A DNA stretch of 32,000 nucleotides from Patescibacteria group bacterium (GCA_041662745.1 JBAZRV010000005.1:60001-92000); one strand, 5' to 3'. Counted from the first letter of the stretch, positions 1 to 8,568 are shown. Notes: generated by a model not told the origin, from the sequence alone. A program made the numbers and translations.

Positions 1-1
1 T

Positions 2-1258
2 ACCCTGACCGGACTGGTTATTGATCGCGATGTCTATAAATTTTACTTGTTAGACATTGTCATAGTATTATCTTTCGCCGCCCTGGCCGTCCGGCATTTT
101 ATCCTGCAAAAAAAGCGCCAATTGATCTGGGGCTGGCCGGAGACTATTCTCGCCTGCTTTATGCTATTAGTCGCGATCTATCTCTTCCGCTCATTGTTTG
201 ATATTAACGCAAAATTTGAAGTGGCTTTCAGTTCGTTTAAGAATTATTTTTTCTATCCCTTATTATATTTTTTCACTGTCTTAGTGGTACAGTCGCCCAA
301 AAGATTAAAACAAGTCAGCCAACTGATAATGCTTAACGGCGTTTTCCTGATCGCTTTCTTATTGATCGGTTTTGTCCGTGGTGCTGGCCTATGGACCGAA
401 TTCACTCCTCTGTCTACGGCCGGCGTACGCTACTTAGCCGGCACTCACGCCTTCTATCTGTTAATCGCTATAATGATCGGCGTACCGCTTTTAGCCTTTA
501 ACCGCTTGCGCAACCAGGGATTGGGGCTTTTGGTTTTCGCCTTATGGTCTCTGGGCGTGACAGTTTCCTTGATGCGCCATTTATGGCTGGCTGCAGTTAT
601 CGGCATCGCCGCCTTATTCATCTTAATGCCTTACCAAAACAAAAAATTCATTTCCCGCCAAGCGGTCAAAGCCGGATTATTAGTGGTGTCGCTGGCTTTA
701 GTCGCCATATTGGCGGCCAATCTCGCTTACTTTAATCCGGCCACAGAAACCGCCGCCGACAACGTTCGCCATGTCAGCGAAAGGCTGCTGTCGTTGGGAA
801 ACCTAAGTGAGGACACTTCTGCTTCTTGGCGTTTGGATCTCTGGAACGACGCCCGACAAGTCTGGCAAGCCAATCCGGTTGGGGGTATTGGTTTCGGCCA
901 CACGATCTTAATCGACATCGGCGACTATCAAAATTTTGAAGAAATCAGAAATATCCATAATTCGCCCCTGGCCATTATGGTGCAAATGGGCCTAGCGGGT
1001 CTGATTGTTTTTGTCCTGTTTATTGTGGCGGTTTTCAGTTCTGCTTGGCGTCCGGTTTACGCCAATTTCGATCTGATTCCCTACTATTTGGGCATTGCCG
1101 TCGCCGCTTTGATTTTTCTTTTCGCCAGCTGTTTTCAACCATACCTGGAAACCAACTTGATGGGTATTTGGTTTTGGATATTATTAGGTTTATTGCGTTC
1201 CGCGGCAATCATCAATAAGCCATTCAAGCACTCCGAACAAACAGTAACCGCCAAATAA
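2..1258 (+). CDS. O-antigen ligase / Wzy_C-like polytopic membrane protein (N-terminus probably off-window)
   Basis: The frame of track ORF 47..1258 stays open back to nt 2 with no stop, and the listed start is TTG, so the true start may lie upstream of the window. There are about ten hydrophobic helices. The loop WRLDLWNDARQVW..GGIGFGH..IHNSPLAIMVQMGLAG matches the pattern I associate with the Wzy_C/O-antigen-ligase family. The stop overlaps the next start (TAATG, 1256-1260). Confidence 0.65.
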   Translation, partial: TLTGLVIDRDVYKFYLLDIVIVLSFAALAVRHFILQKKRQLIWGWPETILACFMLLVAIYLFRSLFDINAKFEVAFSSFKNYFFYPLLYFFTVLVVQSPKRLKQVSQLIMLNGVFLIAFLLIGFVRGAGLWTEFTPLSTAGVRYLAGTHAFYLLIAIMIGVPLLAFNRLRNQGLGLLVFALWSLGVTVSLMRHLWLAAVIGIAALFILMPYQNKKFISRQAVKAGLLVVSLALVAILAANLAYFNPATETAADNVRHVSERLLSLGNLSEDTSASWRLDLWNDARQVWQANPVGGIGFGHTILIDIGDYQNFEEIRNIHNSPLAIMVQMGLAGLIVFVLFIVAVFSSAWRPVYANFDLIPYYLGIAVAALIFLFASCFQPYLETNLMGIWFWILLGLLRSAAIINKPFKHSEQTVTAK

Positions 1259-4200
1259 TGACTATGAAAATCCTGCAAGTCAATAAATTCTTATATCCCA
1301 AAGGCGGAGCGGAGACCTATCTTTTCGCCCTGTCCAACTTACTGATGGCTAATGGCCATGAGGTGATTTATTTTTCCCAAAAAAATCCTAAGAATATTAA
1401 AAACGATCAAGAAAAATATTTTGTCACTGATCTGGATCTGGGCCGATTCAATTTTAAGGCCCTGATGCTGATTTTCAGGATTTTCTGGTCTCCGCTGTCC
1501 CGCTACAAAATAAAAAAACTGATCAAAAAAGAACGGCCGGAATTAGCTCATATCCATAATATCTACCATCAATTATCGCCGGCTGTTTTAACCGGCCTTA
1601 AAGAATACGGCCTGCCGACGGTGATGACCGTGCATGATTTCAAGCTGGTAACCCCGGGCTATACCTTGCGAGCCGACGGCATCAAAAAACGCCATAAAGA
1701 TTCGTTTATTATTGACTGGCTGTTAAAACTGGAATTCGCTTTTCACCGCCTGATCAAAGTTTATGACCGGTGCATTGATATCTTTATCGCTCCCTCGCAG
1801 TTCGTCAAAAATGAACTGGTCAAGGCCGGCTATAAAACGGAAAAAATAGTCGTTATCCCCCACTTCATCAAAATGAACACTTTTAGTGTTCAGAGAAACA
1901 CTGGCAAATATTTTTTTACTTTCGGCCGGCTGGATGAAAGCAAGGGCCTGGATGATATCATTCGCGCTTTTGCCGCCCTGCCGGAAAACGGTTTAAAACT
2001 GAAAATCGCCGGCACCGGTCCGGAAGAAGAAAACTTGCGCCGATTGATTAAAGAATTCAAGGCGGAAAACCGCATTGAACTGCTGGGATTCAAGCAGGGG
2101 CAGGAATTATTGGATTTAATCGGCAACTCCTTAGCCGTGGTTTTTGCTTCCCGCGTCCATGAAACTTTCGGCCTGACCGTATTGGAGTCACTGGCGCTGG
2201 GCAAAGCCGTCATCGCTGCCAAAGTCGGAGCGATTCCTGAATTGATAAAAGACGGCCAAACCGGCTTACTGTTTGCCGTGGCTGATATCGGCGAGCTTAA
2301 AGAAAAAATGTCGCTAGTTCTAAATGACGACCAGTTGCGCCAAAAACTGGAGCGGGCGGGCCAAGCCCAAGCCAAGGAGTATTCGCCGGAAAGACACTAC
2401 GAACAATTGGCTGAGATTTATGACCGCTTAACCGCGCCGGGCAGCGCCGCCAAACGTAAAATCAAAAAAATCGCCCTCTCGATAATTCTGGCTATTTGCG
2501 CCCTGCTGATTATCTGGCCGATTTACTACATCGATGTCAATCGCAGTCGGGCTTTTATTGCGCCTCAACATGATTATCCCCGTCTGGCTAACCTATACTG
2601 GAAGAATCCGATTACTCTGGATGACGCCAAACAATTGGCCAAGTGGGACATAATCGTTTTGGACATGCAAACGCAAACCAACAGCGCCTCGGCGATCAAA
2701 GAAATCAAACGACTCAATCCTAAAGCGGTCATACTGGCTTACACCACAGCCAATGAAATGCCGGTGGAACGATTAAACCAGGTAGAGCCGTCAGGCTCGG
2801 GCCTATGGCACGAACTGACTCAAGGCGATAAATCAGCCTGGCGACTTAAAACCATATCCGGCGATAGCCTTGTTTTTTGGCCGGGCAATGTCATGATGAA
2901 CTTAGGCGCTAAAGATGAGACCGGCAAAACTTACGCCGATTTCCTGGCTGATTTCTATCAGAATAAAGTCCTGTCCACCGGCCTCTGGGATGGCCTTTTC
3001 TTTGATAACGTCTGGCAAAATGTGACTTGGTTCAATAAAAACGTTGATATTGATAATAACGGCCGGCAACGGCCGGCGGCGGAAATAGATTGGCAATGGC
3101 AAAACTACTATCGGGACTTTTTCCAAAAATTACGCGACCGCTTCGGTTCGCAATATTTAATCATCGGCAACGGCGACGGCGCTTACCACCAAGCAATCAA
3201 CGGCCGAATGTTTGAGTCATTTCCCGATTACTGGCAGGGTGGCTGGTCCGGCTCGCTTAAGAGCTATAACGAAACTAACGATAACGGCTACGCTCCTCGC
3301 CTGAACATTATTGAATCCAATACGGCTAACACCGGCAACCGCTACGATTACCAATCCCTGCGTTACGGCTTGACCTCAACTTTAATGTTTGACGGCTACT
3401 ACGCCTTCGGCTACGGCACCAATCTGCGCGAACAACTGTGGTGGTACGATGAATATGATGCCCAAATCGGCCAGCCCGTTTCCGATTCCTACAATCTGTT
3501 GGATCGCGATTCCAAACAATGGAAAACCGGCGTCTGGCAGAGAGATTTTGAATTCGGCACGGTAGTCGTTAATTCTACGGACCGACCGCAAACAATCTCA
3601 TTTGAAGGCGAATATGAAAAACTGCGAGGCACTCAAGACAAGCAGATTAATGACGGCGCCATCATTAACCGTCTGACCTTGGCCGCCAATGACGGCATAA
3701 TTATGATGCGACCGCTTAACACTATCGCCGATGCCGCGTATATCAACGGCTCGTTCGCCAGAATCTTTGACGGGCAAGGGAAAATAAAACGTAACGGCTT
3801 CTTCTCTTATGACAGTAATTTCAAGGGCAGCAATAAAATCCTTAAACTGGATATAAATAATGACGGTGAAAGGGAAACCGTGGTTGCCGGACTGAATTCC
3901 ATTACTTTATATGACAAGCACGGATTGGGAGTCAAGACTGTTTATCCCTACGGCGATCGCTTTGTCGGCGGACTAAGCCTGGCGCCGATTAAAATGGAAG
4001 ATAATAAATTTTGGCTGGCGGTCAGCCCGGAAAAAGGGGGCTCTAACTTGATTAAAATCTATGATTGGAATTTAGGCGATGCGGGCAAATCGTTCAACGC
4101 CTACGGCAGCCGGTGGCCCGCTTTAGGCGCCAATGTGGCGTCCGGCGATATTGACGGCGATGGCCGCAGCGAACTAATTGTCGGCGCCGGATTCGGCGGC

Positions 4201-4518
4201 GGACCGCACGTCAAAATATTTGATCTAAACGGCAACCTGAAAAGTGAATTCTTCGCCTATGCCAATAATTTCAGGGGCGGCGTCAATGTGGCCGCCGGAG
4301 ACACTAATGGCGACGGCCAAGATGAAATCATTACCGGCGCCGGGCAAACCGGCGGACCGCACATCAGAGTCTGGAATAATAATAAACTCATTGGCCAATG
4401 GTTCGGTTTTGACTCAAATAAACGCACCGGCGTCAAAGTAACCGCCACCGATGTTGACGGCGACGGCCGGGATGAGGTCATCGCCCTAACCACTAACGTA
4501 TTCATGACTAATAAATAA
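1258..4518 (+). CDS. Multidomain fusion: GT4 glycosyltransferase + TM helix + GH114/GHL-like TIM-barrel domain + FG-GAP repeat propeller
   Basis: aa 3-390 look like GT4 (KGGAETY; HETFGLTVLESLALGKAVIA, an E-x7-E-type motif). A TM helix lies at aa 404-424 (nt 2467-2529). aa ~437-815 carry WDIIVLD, WDGLFFDNVW (nt 2986-3015) and YLIIGNGD, which are glycoside-hydrolase-like TIM-barrel signatures. aa ~826-1080 hold four DxDxDG/FG-GAP units: DINNDGERETVVAG, GDIDGDGRSELIVGAG, GDTNGDGQDEIITGAG, TDVDGDGRDEVIA. Confidence 0.8.
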   Translation: MTMKILQVNKFLYPKGGAETYLFALSNLLMANGHEVIYFSQKNPKNIKNDQEKYFVTDLDLGRFNFKALMLIFRIFWSPLSRYKIKKLIKKERPELAHIHNIYHQLSPAVLTGLKEYGLPTVMTVHDFKLVTPGYTLRADGIKKRHKDSFIIDWLLKLEFAFHRLIKVYDRCIDIFIAPSQFVKNELVKAGYKTEKIVVIPHFIKMNTFSVQRNTGKYFFTFGRLDESKGLDDIIRAFAALPENGLKLKIAGTGPEEENLRRLIKEFKAENRIELLGFKQGQELLDLIGNSLAVVFASRVHETFGLTVLESLALGKAVIAAKVGAIPELIKDGQTGLLFAVADIGELKEKMSLVLNDDQLRQKLERAGQAQAKEYSPERHYEQLAEIYDRLTAPGSAAKRKIKKIALSIILAICALLIIWPIYYIDVNRSRAFIAPQHDYPRLANLYWKNPITLDDAKQLAKWDIIVLDMQTQTNSASAIKEIKRLNPKAVILAYTTANEMPVERLNQVEPSGSGLWHELTQGDKSAWRLKTISGDSLVFWPGNVMMNLGAKDETGKTYADFLADFYQNKVLSTGLWDGLFFDNVWQNVTWFNKNVDIDNNGRQRPAAEIDWQWQNYYRDFFQKLRDRFGSQYLIIGNGDGAYHQAINGRMFESFPDYWQGGWSGSLKSYNETNDNGYAPRLNIIESNTANTGNRYDYQSLRYGLTSTLMFDGYYAFGYGTNLREQLWWYDEYDAQIGQPVSDSYNLLDRDSKQWKTGVWQRDFEFGTVVVNSTDRPQTISFEGEYEKLRGTQDKQINDGAIINRLTLAANDGIIMMRPLNTIADAAYINGSFARIFDGQGKIKRNGFFSYDSNFKGSNKILKLDINNDGERETVVAGLNSITLYDKHGLGVKTVYPYGDRFVGGLSLAPIKMEDNKFWLAVSPEKGGSNLIKIYDWNLGDAGKSFNAYGSRWPALGANVASGDIDGDGRSELIVGAGFGGGPHVKIFDLNGNLKSEFFAYANNFRGGVNVAAGDTNGDGQDEIITGAGQTGGPHIRVWNNNKLIGQWFGFDSNKRTGVKVTATDVDGDGRDEVIALTTNVFMTNK

Positions 4519-4519
4519 T

Positions 4520-5671
4520 ATGCCAGAAGAAATAATCAAAGTTGAACCAAAGCCGATTGAAAAGAACCGCCGGCCGATCGCCCGAATCACTATCGGCACG
4601 CTTAATATCTTCCTGGTGCCGGCCAAAAAAAGATTCCATAAATTTTACCATCCGCAAAAAAACAGCAACTGGCTCTGGCATATTGCCGTAGACGGCTTGT
4701 TAGCTTTAGCGATCATTCTTATCACTGTCTTTAATATTTATATCTGGCTTAATCCGCCCCGATATGCCAATGATATTTCCAGTCTTCTGACTGCGGCTTT
4801 CTCTCAGCCGAGATTAGCGGTCGCCTTAAAAACCGGTGACAGCATTGTCAGCCCCGGCGGAAAACTGGTTTATCGCATTAAAGTCAAAAACGTCGGCCGC
4901 GCCTCCGCCAAAGATGTTACCGTCAATCTGCATATTGACAGCGAACTTTATGGCGGCGATAAAAAAATCATTTTTACCTCCGAGCAGGCTCCGGCTTTAG
5001 CAGAATTAAAACCTAACGCCGAACAGGAAGTCACTTACTCTTTCACGCTGAACAAAAATTTTGTTCAGCAAACCTCCGATCAAACCCAACCGGTTATTGT
5101 CTCCTATACTGAAGTATTATTTTACCCTGAGAACAATCTCAAAAAGCAGGTTATCGTCAGCGAGAAGTCAATCCAAAAAATCAGAAGCGTTATCGGACTG
5201 GAAGCTTTTAGCCGCTATCAATCTGCCGAGGGCGAACAGCTTGGCATCGGACCGAATCCTCCGCTGGCCGGATCAGCCACCCGCTATTGGATCTTCTTCG
5301 TTGCTAATACTAATTATAATGACGCTGAAAATTTCATAGCTACCGGCCATCTGCCGGATAATGTCCGCTTTACCGGACGCTCCAGCGCCTTAAGCGAAGA
5401 AGGCATCAGCTACAATCCTAACAATAGGATGATTGCTTGGCGACTTGATCGCGTAACCGCGCCCACTGATTTTTATTCAATTGTCGGCGCTTCATTAGAG
5501 GTGGAAATCATTCCCTGGCAAAGCCAATCCGGCCAAACAGCAACCCTGATTGATAACATAAAACTGACTGCTACCGATTCATTCACGGGAGAAGGGATAG
5601 AAAAAACCATAAAAGACATCACCACGGCCACTGCCGAGGAACCCGACGGCGGTCTGGTAAAAAGCAAGTAA
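4520..5671 (+). CDS. Membrane-anchored protein with DUF11/CARDB-like beta-sandwich domain
   Basis: The ATG lies 1 nt after the upstream stop, suggesting coupled translation. A basic N-terminus is followed by a TM helix (LWHIAVDGLLALAIILITVFNIYIWL). GGKLVYRIKVKNVGRASAKDVTVNL is the typical first strand pair of DUF11/CARDB-type repeats. Confidence 0.6.
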   Translation: MPEEIIKVEPKPIEKNRRPIARITIGTLNIFLVPAKKRFHKFYHPQKNSNWLWHIAVDGLLALAIILITVFNIYIWLNPPRYANDISSLLTAAFSQPRLAVALKTGDSIVSPGGKLVYRIKVKNVGRASAKDVTVNLHIDSELYGGDKKIIFTSEQAPALAELKPNAEQEVTYSFTLNKNFVQQTSDQTQPVIVSYTEVLFYPENNLKKQVIVSEKSIQKIRSVIGLEAFSRYQSAEGEQLGIGPNPPLAGSATRYWIFFVANTNYNDAENFIATGHLPDNVRFTGRSSALSEEGISYNPNNRMIAWRLDRVTAPTDFYSIVGASLEVEIIPWQSQSGQTATLIDNIKLTATDSFTGEGIEKTIKDITTATAEEPDGGLVKSK

Positions 5672-5695
5672 ATTCCGATGTTTTAGACCAAACTA

Positions 5696-5724
5696 TTGAC
5701 ATTTGTACCATTGTTTGCTATACT
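5696..5724 (+). promoter_or_regulatory. sigma70-type promoter TTGACA-17-TATACT
   Basis: TTGACA at 5696-5701, a 17-nt spacer, and TATACT at 5719-5724. It lies about 175 nt upstream of the ATG at 5899. Confidence 0.6.
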
Positions 5725-5898
5725 GATATATCAAGTTGGGATGTTCCCAACTGATGATAAGAACATTAAAAAAAGCTTAAAAAGGAGGAAGCGGCGCTGT
5801 GTGCCGCCAACTCAGGATGGGTAAGCGGCAATGTTGTCGCCCCCAATTTTAGGGCAAATTCGTACCGCTAAGGCGGGAAAACAAAAGGAGTTAAGCCC

Positions 5899-7260
5899 AT
5901 GCGTAAGGTATCGTTGTTGCTGGTTGGTTTGCTGGCCCTGTCGGCCATCGGTCTTGTCGGTTGCATGCCGGAGAAATTTATCGTTTCCGGCGACTTCTAC
6001 GTCCAAGCGGATGATCCGCGGGACGATGACTACTACCTGGGATCCGTTGACTTGACTGATGAGGCCAATATGCCCGTCGATTATTCGGACGCGGATTACG
6101 TCGTGTGGAACGTGGACACCGTTTTTAGTAGCGGTCGAACCATTCCGTTCGATTGGACAATTAGCAAGACCGGCGCCGATCCCGAAACTTCGGCCCCGCG
6201 AATCTGGCAAAAGGGTTCCAATCGCGCCGGCGTTAAAATGTCCCTGGACGGATCACGCTTCGGCCTGATCTTTGATGCCGCTGTCGGCTACAGCAATAGC
6301 GAGGGCGTCGGCATCACTACCTGGACGGCGCAAAAGTCCTGCCTGATGGCAACCGATTGGTCCGGCGAAGGCGAGGGTGAAGGTGAAGCGGTTCCCGTTA
6401 TCACCAATCAGCCCGATTCTTTGACGGCTAACGTCGGCCAGCAAGTACAATTCACGGTCGGCGCCACCGGCGGCAACCTGAAATACTGTTGGCAGGACAA
6501 CGGCATTGACATTACGCCCAATCAGTATTCGGGCGGAGTCAATTCGGCAACCCTCACGATTTACTCCATTGGAGAGATCAATGAGGGCGCCTATCGTTGT
6601 CGGGTCTGGAATAGCCAGGGATCGGTTTACTCCGATCCGGCCATTCTAACCATTACCAATGGTTCAACCGGTGATACTACTCCGCCGGTCATTACGCTTA
6701 ACGGCGCCTCCACGATTTATCTGTCAGTCGGCGGTTCCTGGGTTGACCCGGGCGCCACAGCCACAGATAATGTGGATGGCAATTTGACGTCAAAGATCAA
6801 TGTGACTGGCACCGTCAACACGGCAATCGCCGGAACATACCACCTAACCTACACAGCCAGCGACAACAGTGGCAATCAGGCCTCGGTAACGCGGACAGTC
6901 ATCGTTGGCAGTATCGCTCCCACGAGTGATCTGACGATCGCGTTGACATGGAACGGCAGTTACTTGTACCTTTCGGCCACGAACGCGCCGGCCAGCGGGA
7001 TTATTGGACTGGAACTATACCAGCCCAGCTACCCGTGGATTGAACGGGAAACCTACAATGTCTCGTCCGCCGGACTAGCTAATGGAACTGTCACCAAGTT
7101 CCGCTTCAATGTCAGCCGAACGATACGGTTCTCGGTGGTTACCAACGCCTCCAGCGGCGGTTATGTCGCCAATGATGCGGTAACGATTACCTTGAACGGA
7201 GCGACCGTACCGCTCGTCAATGACGGCAATGGTAACTGGGCCTTCCAAGCCGCCGTCTAA
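5899..7260 (+). CDS. Surface lipoprotein with I-set-like Ig domain and DUF5011/HYR-like Ig domain
   Basis: SD AAGGAG lies 8 nt before the ATG. The signal peptide carries lipobox LVGC (Cys22). A (GE)n linker sits at nt 6361-6387. aa 165-253 read PVITNQPDSLTANVGQQVQFTV..YCWQDNG..GAYRCRVWNSQGSV..AILTI, Ig I-set-like. aa 262-336 read PPVITLNG..GGSWVDPGATATDNVDGNLTSKI..AGTYHLTYTASDNSGNQAS..RTVIV, DUF5011-like. The C-terminal ~115 aa are unassigned. Confidence 0.8.
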   Translation: MRKVSLLLVGLLALSAIGLVGCMPEKFIVSGDFYVQADDPRDDDYYLGSVDLTDEANMPVDYSDADYVVWNVDTVFSSGRTIPFDWTISKTGADPETSAPRIWQKGSNRAGVKMSLDGSRFGLIFDAAVGYSNSEGVGITTWTAQKSCLMATDWSGEGEGEGEAVPVITNQPDSLTANVGQQVQFTVGATGGNLKYCWQDNGIDITPNQYSGGVNSATLTIYSIGEINEGAYRCRVWNSQGSVYSDPAILTITNGSTGDTTPPVITLNGASTIYLSVGGSWVDPGATATDNVDGNLTSKINVTGTVNTAIAGTYHLTYTASDNSGNQASVTRTVIVGSIAPTSDLTIALTWNGSYLYLSATNAPASGIIGLELYQPSYPWIERETYNVSSAGLANGTVTKFRFNVSRTIRFSVVTNASSGGYVANDAVTITLNGATVPLVNDGNGNWAFQAAV

Positions 7261-7283
7261 AAGTAAATAGCACTTTCCACCGT

Positions 7284-7320
7284 AGAGTGGCGACGATTAA
7301 ACCCGTTGCCACTCTTTTTT
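7284..7320 (+). terminator. Rho-independent terminator
   Basis: An 11-bp stem (agagtggcgac at 7284-7294 pairing with gttgccactct at 7305-7315, one G-U pair), a 10-nt loop, then a T-run to 7320. Confidence 0.8.
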
Positions 7321-7358
7321 AATTTAAAATTAGATAAAACTATTATTATTCACGGCTA

Positions 7359-7387
7359 TTGACAAAAAACTTTATATTTGATATAAT
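7359..7387 (+). promoter_or_regulatory. sigma70-type promoter TTGACA-17-TATAAT
   Basis: TTGACA at 7359-7364, a 17-nt spacer, and TATAAT at 7382-7387. The ATG at 7408 is only 20 nt past the -10, giving a very short leader with no clear SD. Confidence 0.65.
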
Positions 7388-7407
7388 GACATATCCTAAA
7401 GAAACTT

Positions 7408-8568
7408 ATGCGCATAGCGTTTATCGGCCAAAAAGGCATTCCTACTAGCCAGGGCGGAATCGAAAAACACGTTGAGGAACTCTCCACCAGACTGGTTGAG
7501 CAGGGTTTTGACGTTACCGTTTATGGCCGGCCGAATTATACCGGCGACAGTCGCAAAGAATATGAGTACCGCGGAGTCAAAATCATCCAACTCCCCTCTT
7601 TGGCGACCAAGCATTTAGACGCCATCACCCACACCTTTGTTGCTACCATCCACGCCTTATTCCAAAATTATGACATCATCCATTACCATGGCGTCGGCCC
7701 CTCGCTTTTATCTTTCATCCCGCGCTTATTAAAACCGCACGCCAAAGTAGTCGTCACCTTCCATTGCATTGACCGCACCCATCAGAAATGGGGTCGCTTT
7801 GCCCGTTTGGCTTTAGCTATCGGCGAATGGACTGCTGTTACCTTCCCTCATGAAACCATTGTCATTTCCAATATTTTAAAAAAGTACTGCCTTTACCGTT
7901 TTGACAAGGAATGCCGATACATTCCCAACGGCGTAGCCGTAAACCAGTCGGAAGAGGAGGAATACAGCCTAATCAAAAACGGTTTAATCGCCGGCGAATA
8001 TATTATTGCCGTTTCTCGCTTAGTGCCGCACAAGGGTATCCATACCCTGATCAAAGCTTACAGCTCTATCGCGACTGACAAAAAATTAGTCATTATCGGC
8101 GACGGCGCCAACACTGACGCTTATGTGGCTCAAATTAAAAGCTTGGCCAAGAGTAACCCCAGTATTATTTTAGCCGGACTGAAATCGGGTAACGAATTAG
8201 CGGCCCTATTTAAAAATGCCTACTTATTCGTTCAACCTTCGGAAGCCGAGGGCTTGTCTATCGCCTTACTGGAAGCCATGGCTTATGGCGTTCCGGCTAT
8301 TATCTCCAATATTGAAGAGAACCAAGAACCGGCCGAGGGTTTGGCCTTGGAGTTCATTAATAAATCCTGGGAGAGCTTGGCTAAAAAAATAGAATTCGCT
8401 TTAGCTAACTCAGTAGAAATAAAACGCTTGGCTGACTTGGCCCAAAAACGCGTGGCCACCGAATACGATTGGCAAGACATCGCGCAACAAACTTCCGCTC
8501 TGTATCGCGAACTGACCAAAGAAAAACAACTTGGAGTATTAACTGCCAAATATAAGCATAACGGCTAA
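7408..8568 (+). CDS. Glycosyltransferase family 4 (DUF1972-type N-terminal half, RgpA/WchF-like)
   Basis: The N-terminus MRIAFIGQKGIPTSQGGIEKHVEELSTRL is the pattern I associate with DUF1972. The C-terminal half carries the GT4 E-x7-E motif PSEAEGLSIALLEAMAYGVPAI. Confidence 0.85.
   Translation: MRIAFIGQKGIPTSQGGIEKHVEELSTRLVEQGFDVTVYGRPNYTGDSRKEYEYRGVKIIQLPSLATKHLDAITHTFVATIHALFQNYDIIHYHGVGPSLLSFIPRLLKPHAKVVVTFHCIDRTHQKWGRFARLALAIGEWTAVTFPHETIVISNILKKYCLYRFDKECRYIPNGVAVNQSEEEEYSLIKNGLIAGEYIIAVSRLVPHKGIHTLIKAYSSIATDKKLVIIGDGANTDAYVAQIKSLAKSNPSIILAGLKSGNELAALFKNAYLFVQPSEAEGLSIALLEAMAYGVPAIISNIEENQEPAEGLALEFINKSWESLAKKIEFALANSVEIKRLADLAQKRVATEYDWQDIAQQTSALYRELTKEKQLGVLTAKYKHNG

Noticed and set aside
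1890-2375. Antisense or alternative-frame ORFs from the track that lie inside well-supported genes. Examples: 1890-2375(-), 5812-6210(-), 8848-9255(-), 9878-10375(-), 10048-10521(-), 18250-18673(+), 19157-19561(+), 20945-21517(+), 22245-22532(+) and 27885-28214(+).
   Set aside because: Each is fully embedded in a gene with clear family motifs on the other strand or frame. Their sequences are low-complexity and Arg/Ser/Pro-rich, typical of shadow ORFs, and none has its own SD or promoter.
5851-5885. AGGGCAAA and nearby stems resembling part of a c-di-GMP-I (GEMM) riboswitch.
   Set aside because: Only a short motif matches. I cannot reconstruct the P1/P2 tetraloop-receptor architecture by eye, so the region is reported only as an unclassified structured leader.
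5831-6055. The 74-aa ORF in the leader, overlapping the lipoprotein start.
   Set aside because: It has no SD and a Cys/Arg/Trp-rich out-of-frame composition, and it overlaps a gene with a strong SD and signal peptide.
5899-7260. A diversity-generating retroelement targeting the Ig-domain lipoprotein.
   Set aside because: No reverse transcriptase gene is present, and I found no template/variable repeat pair anywhere in the window.
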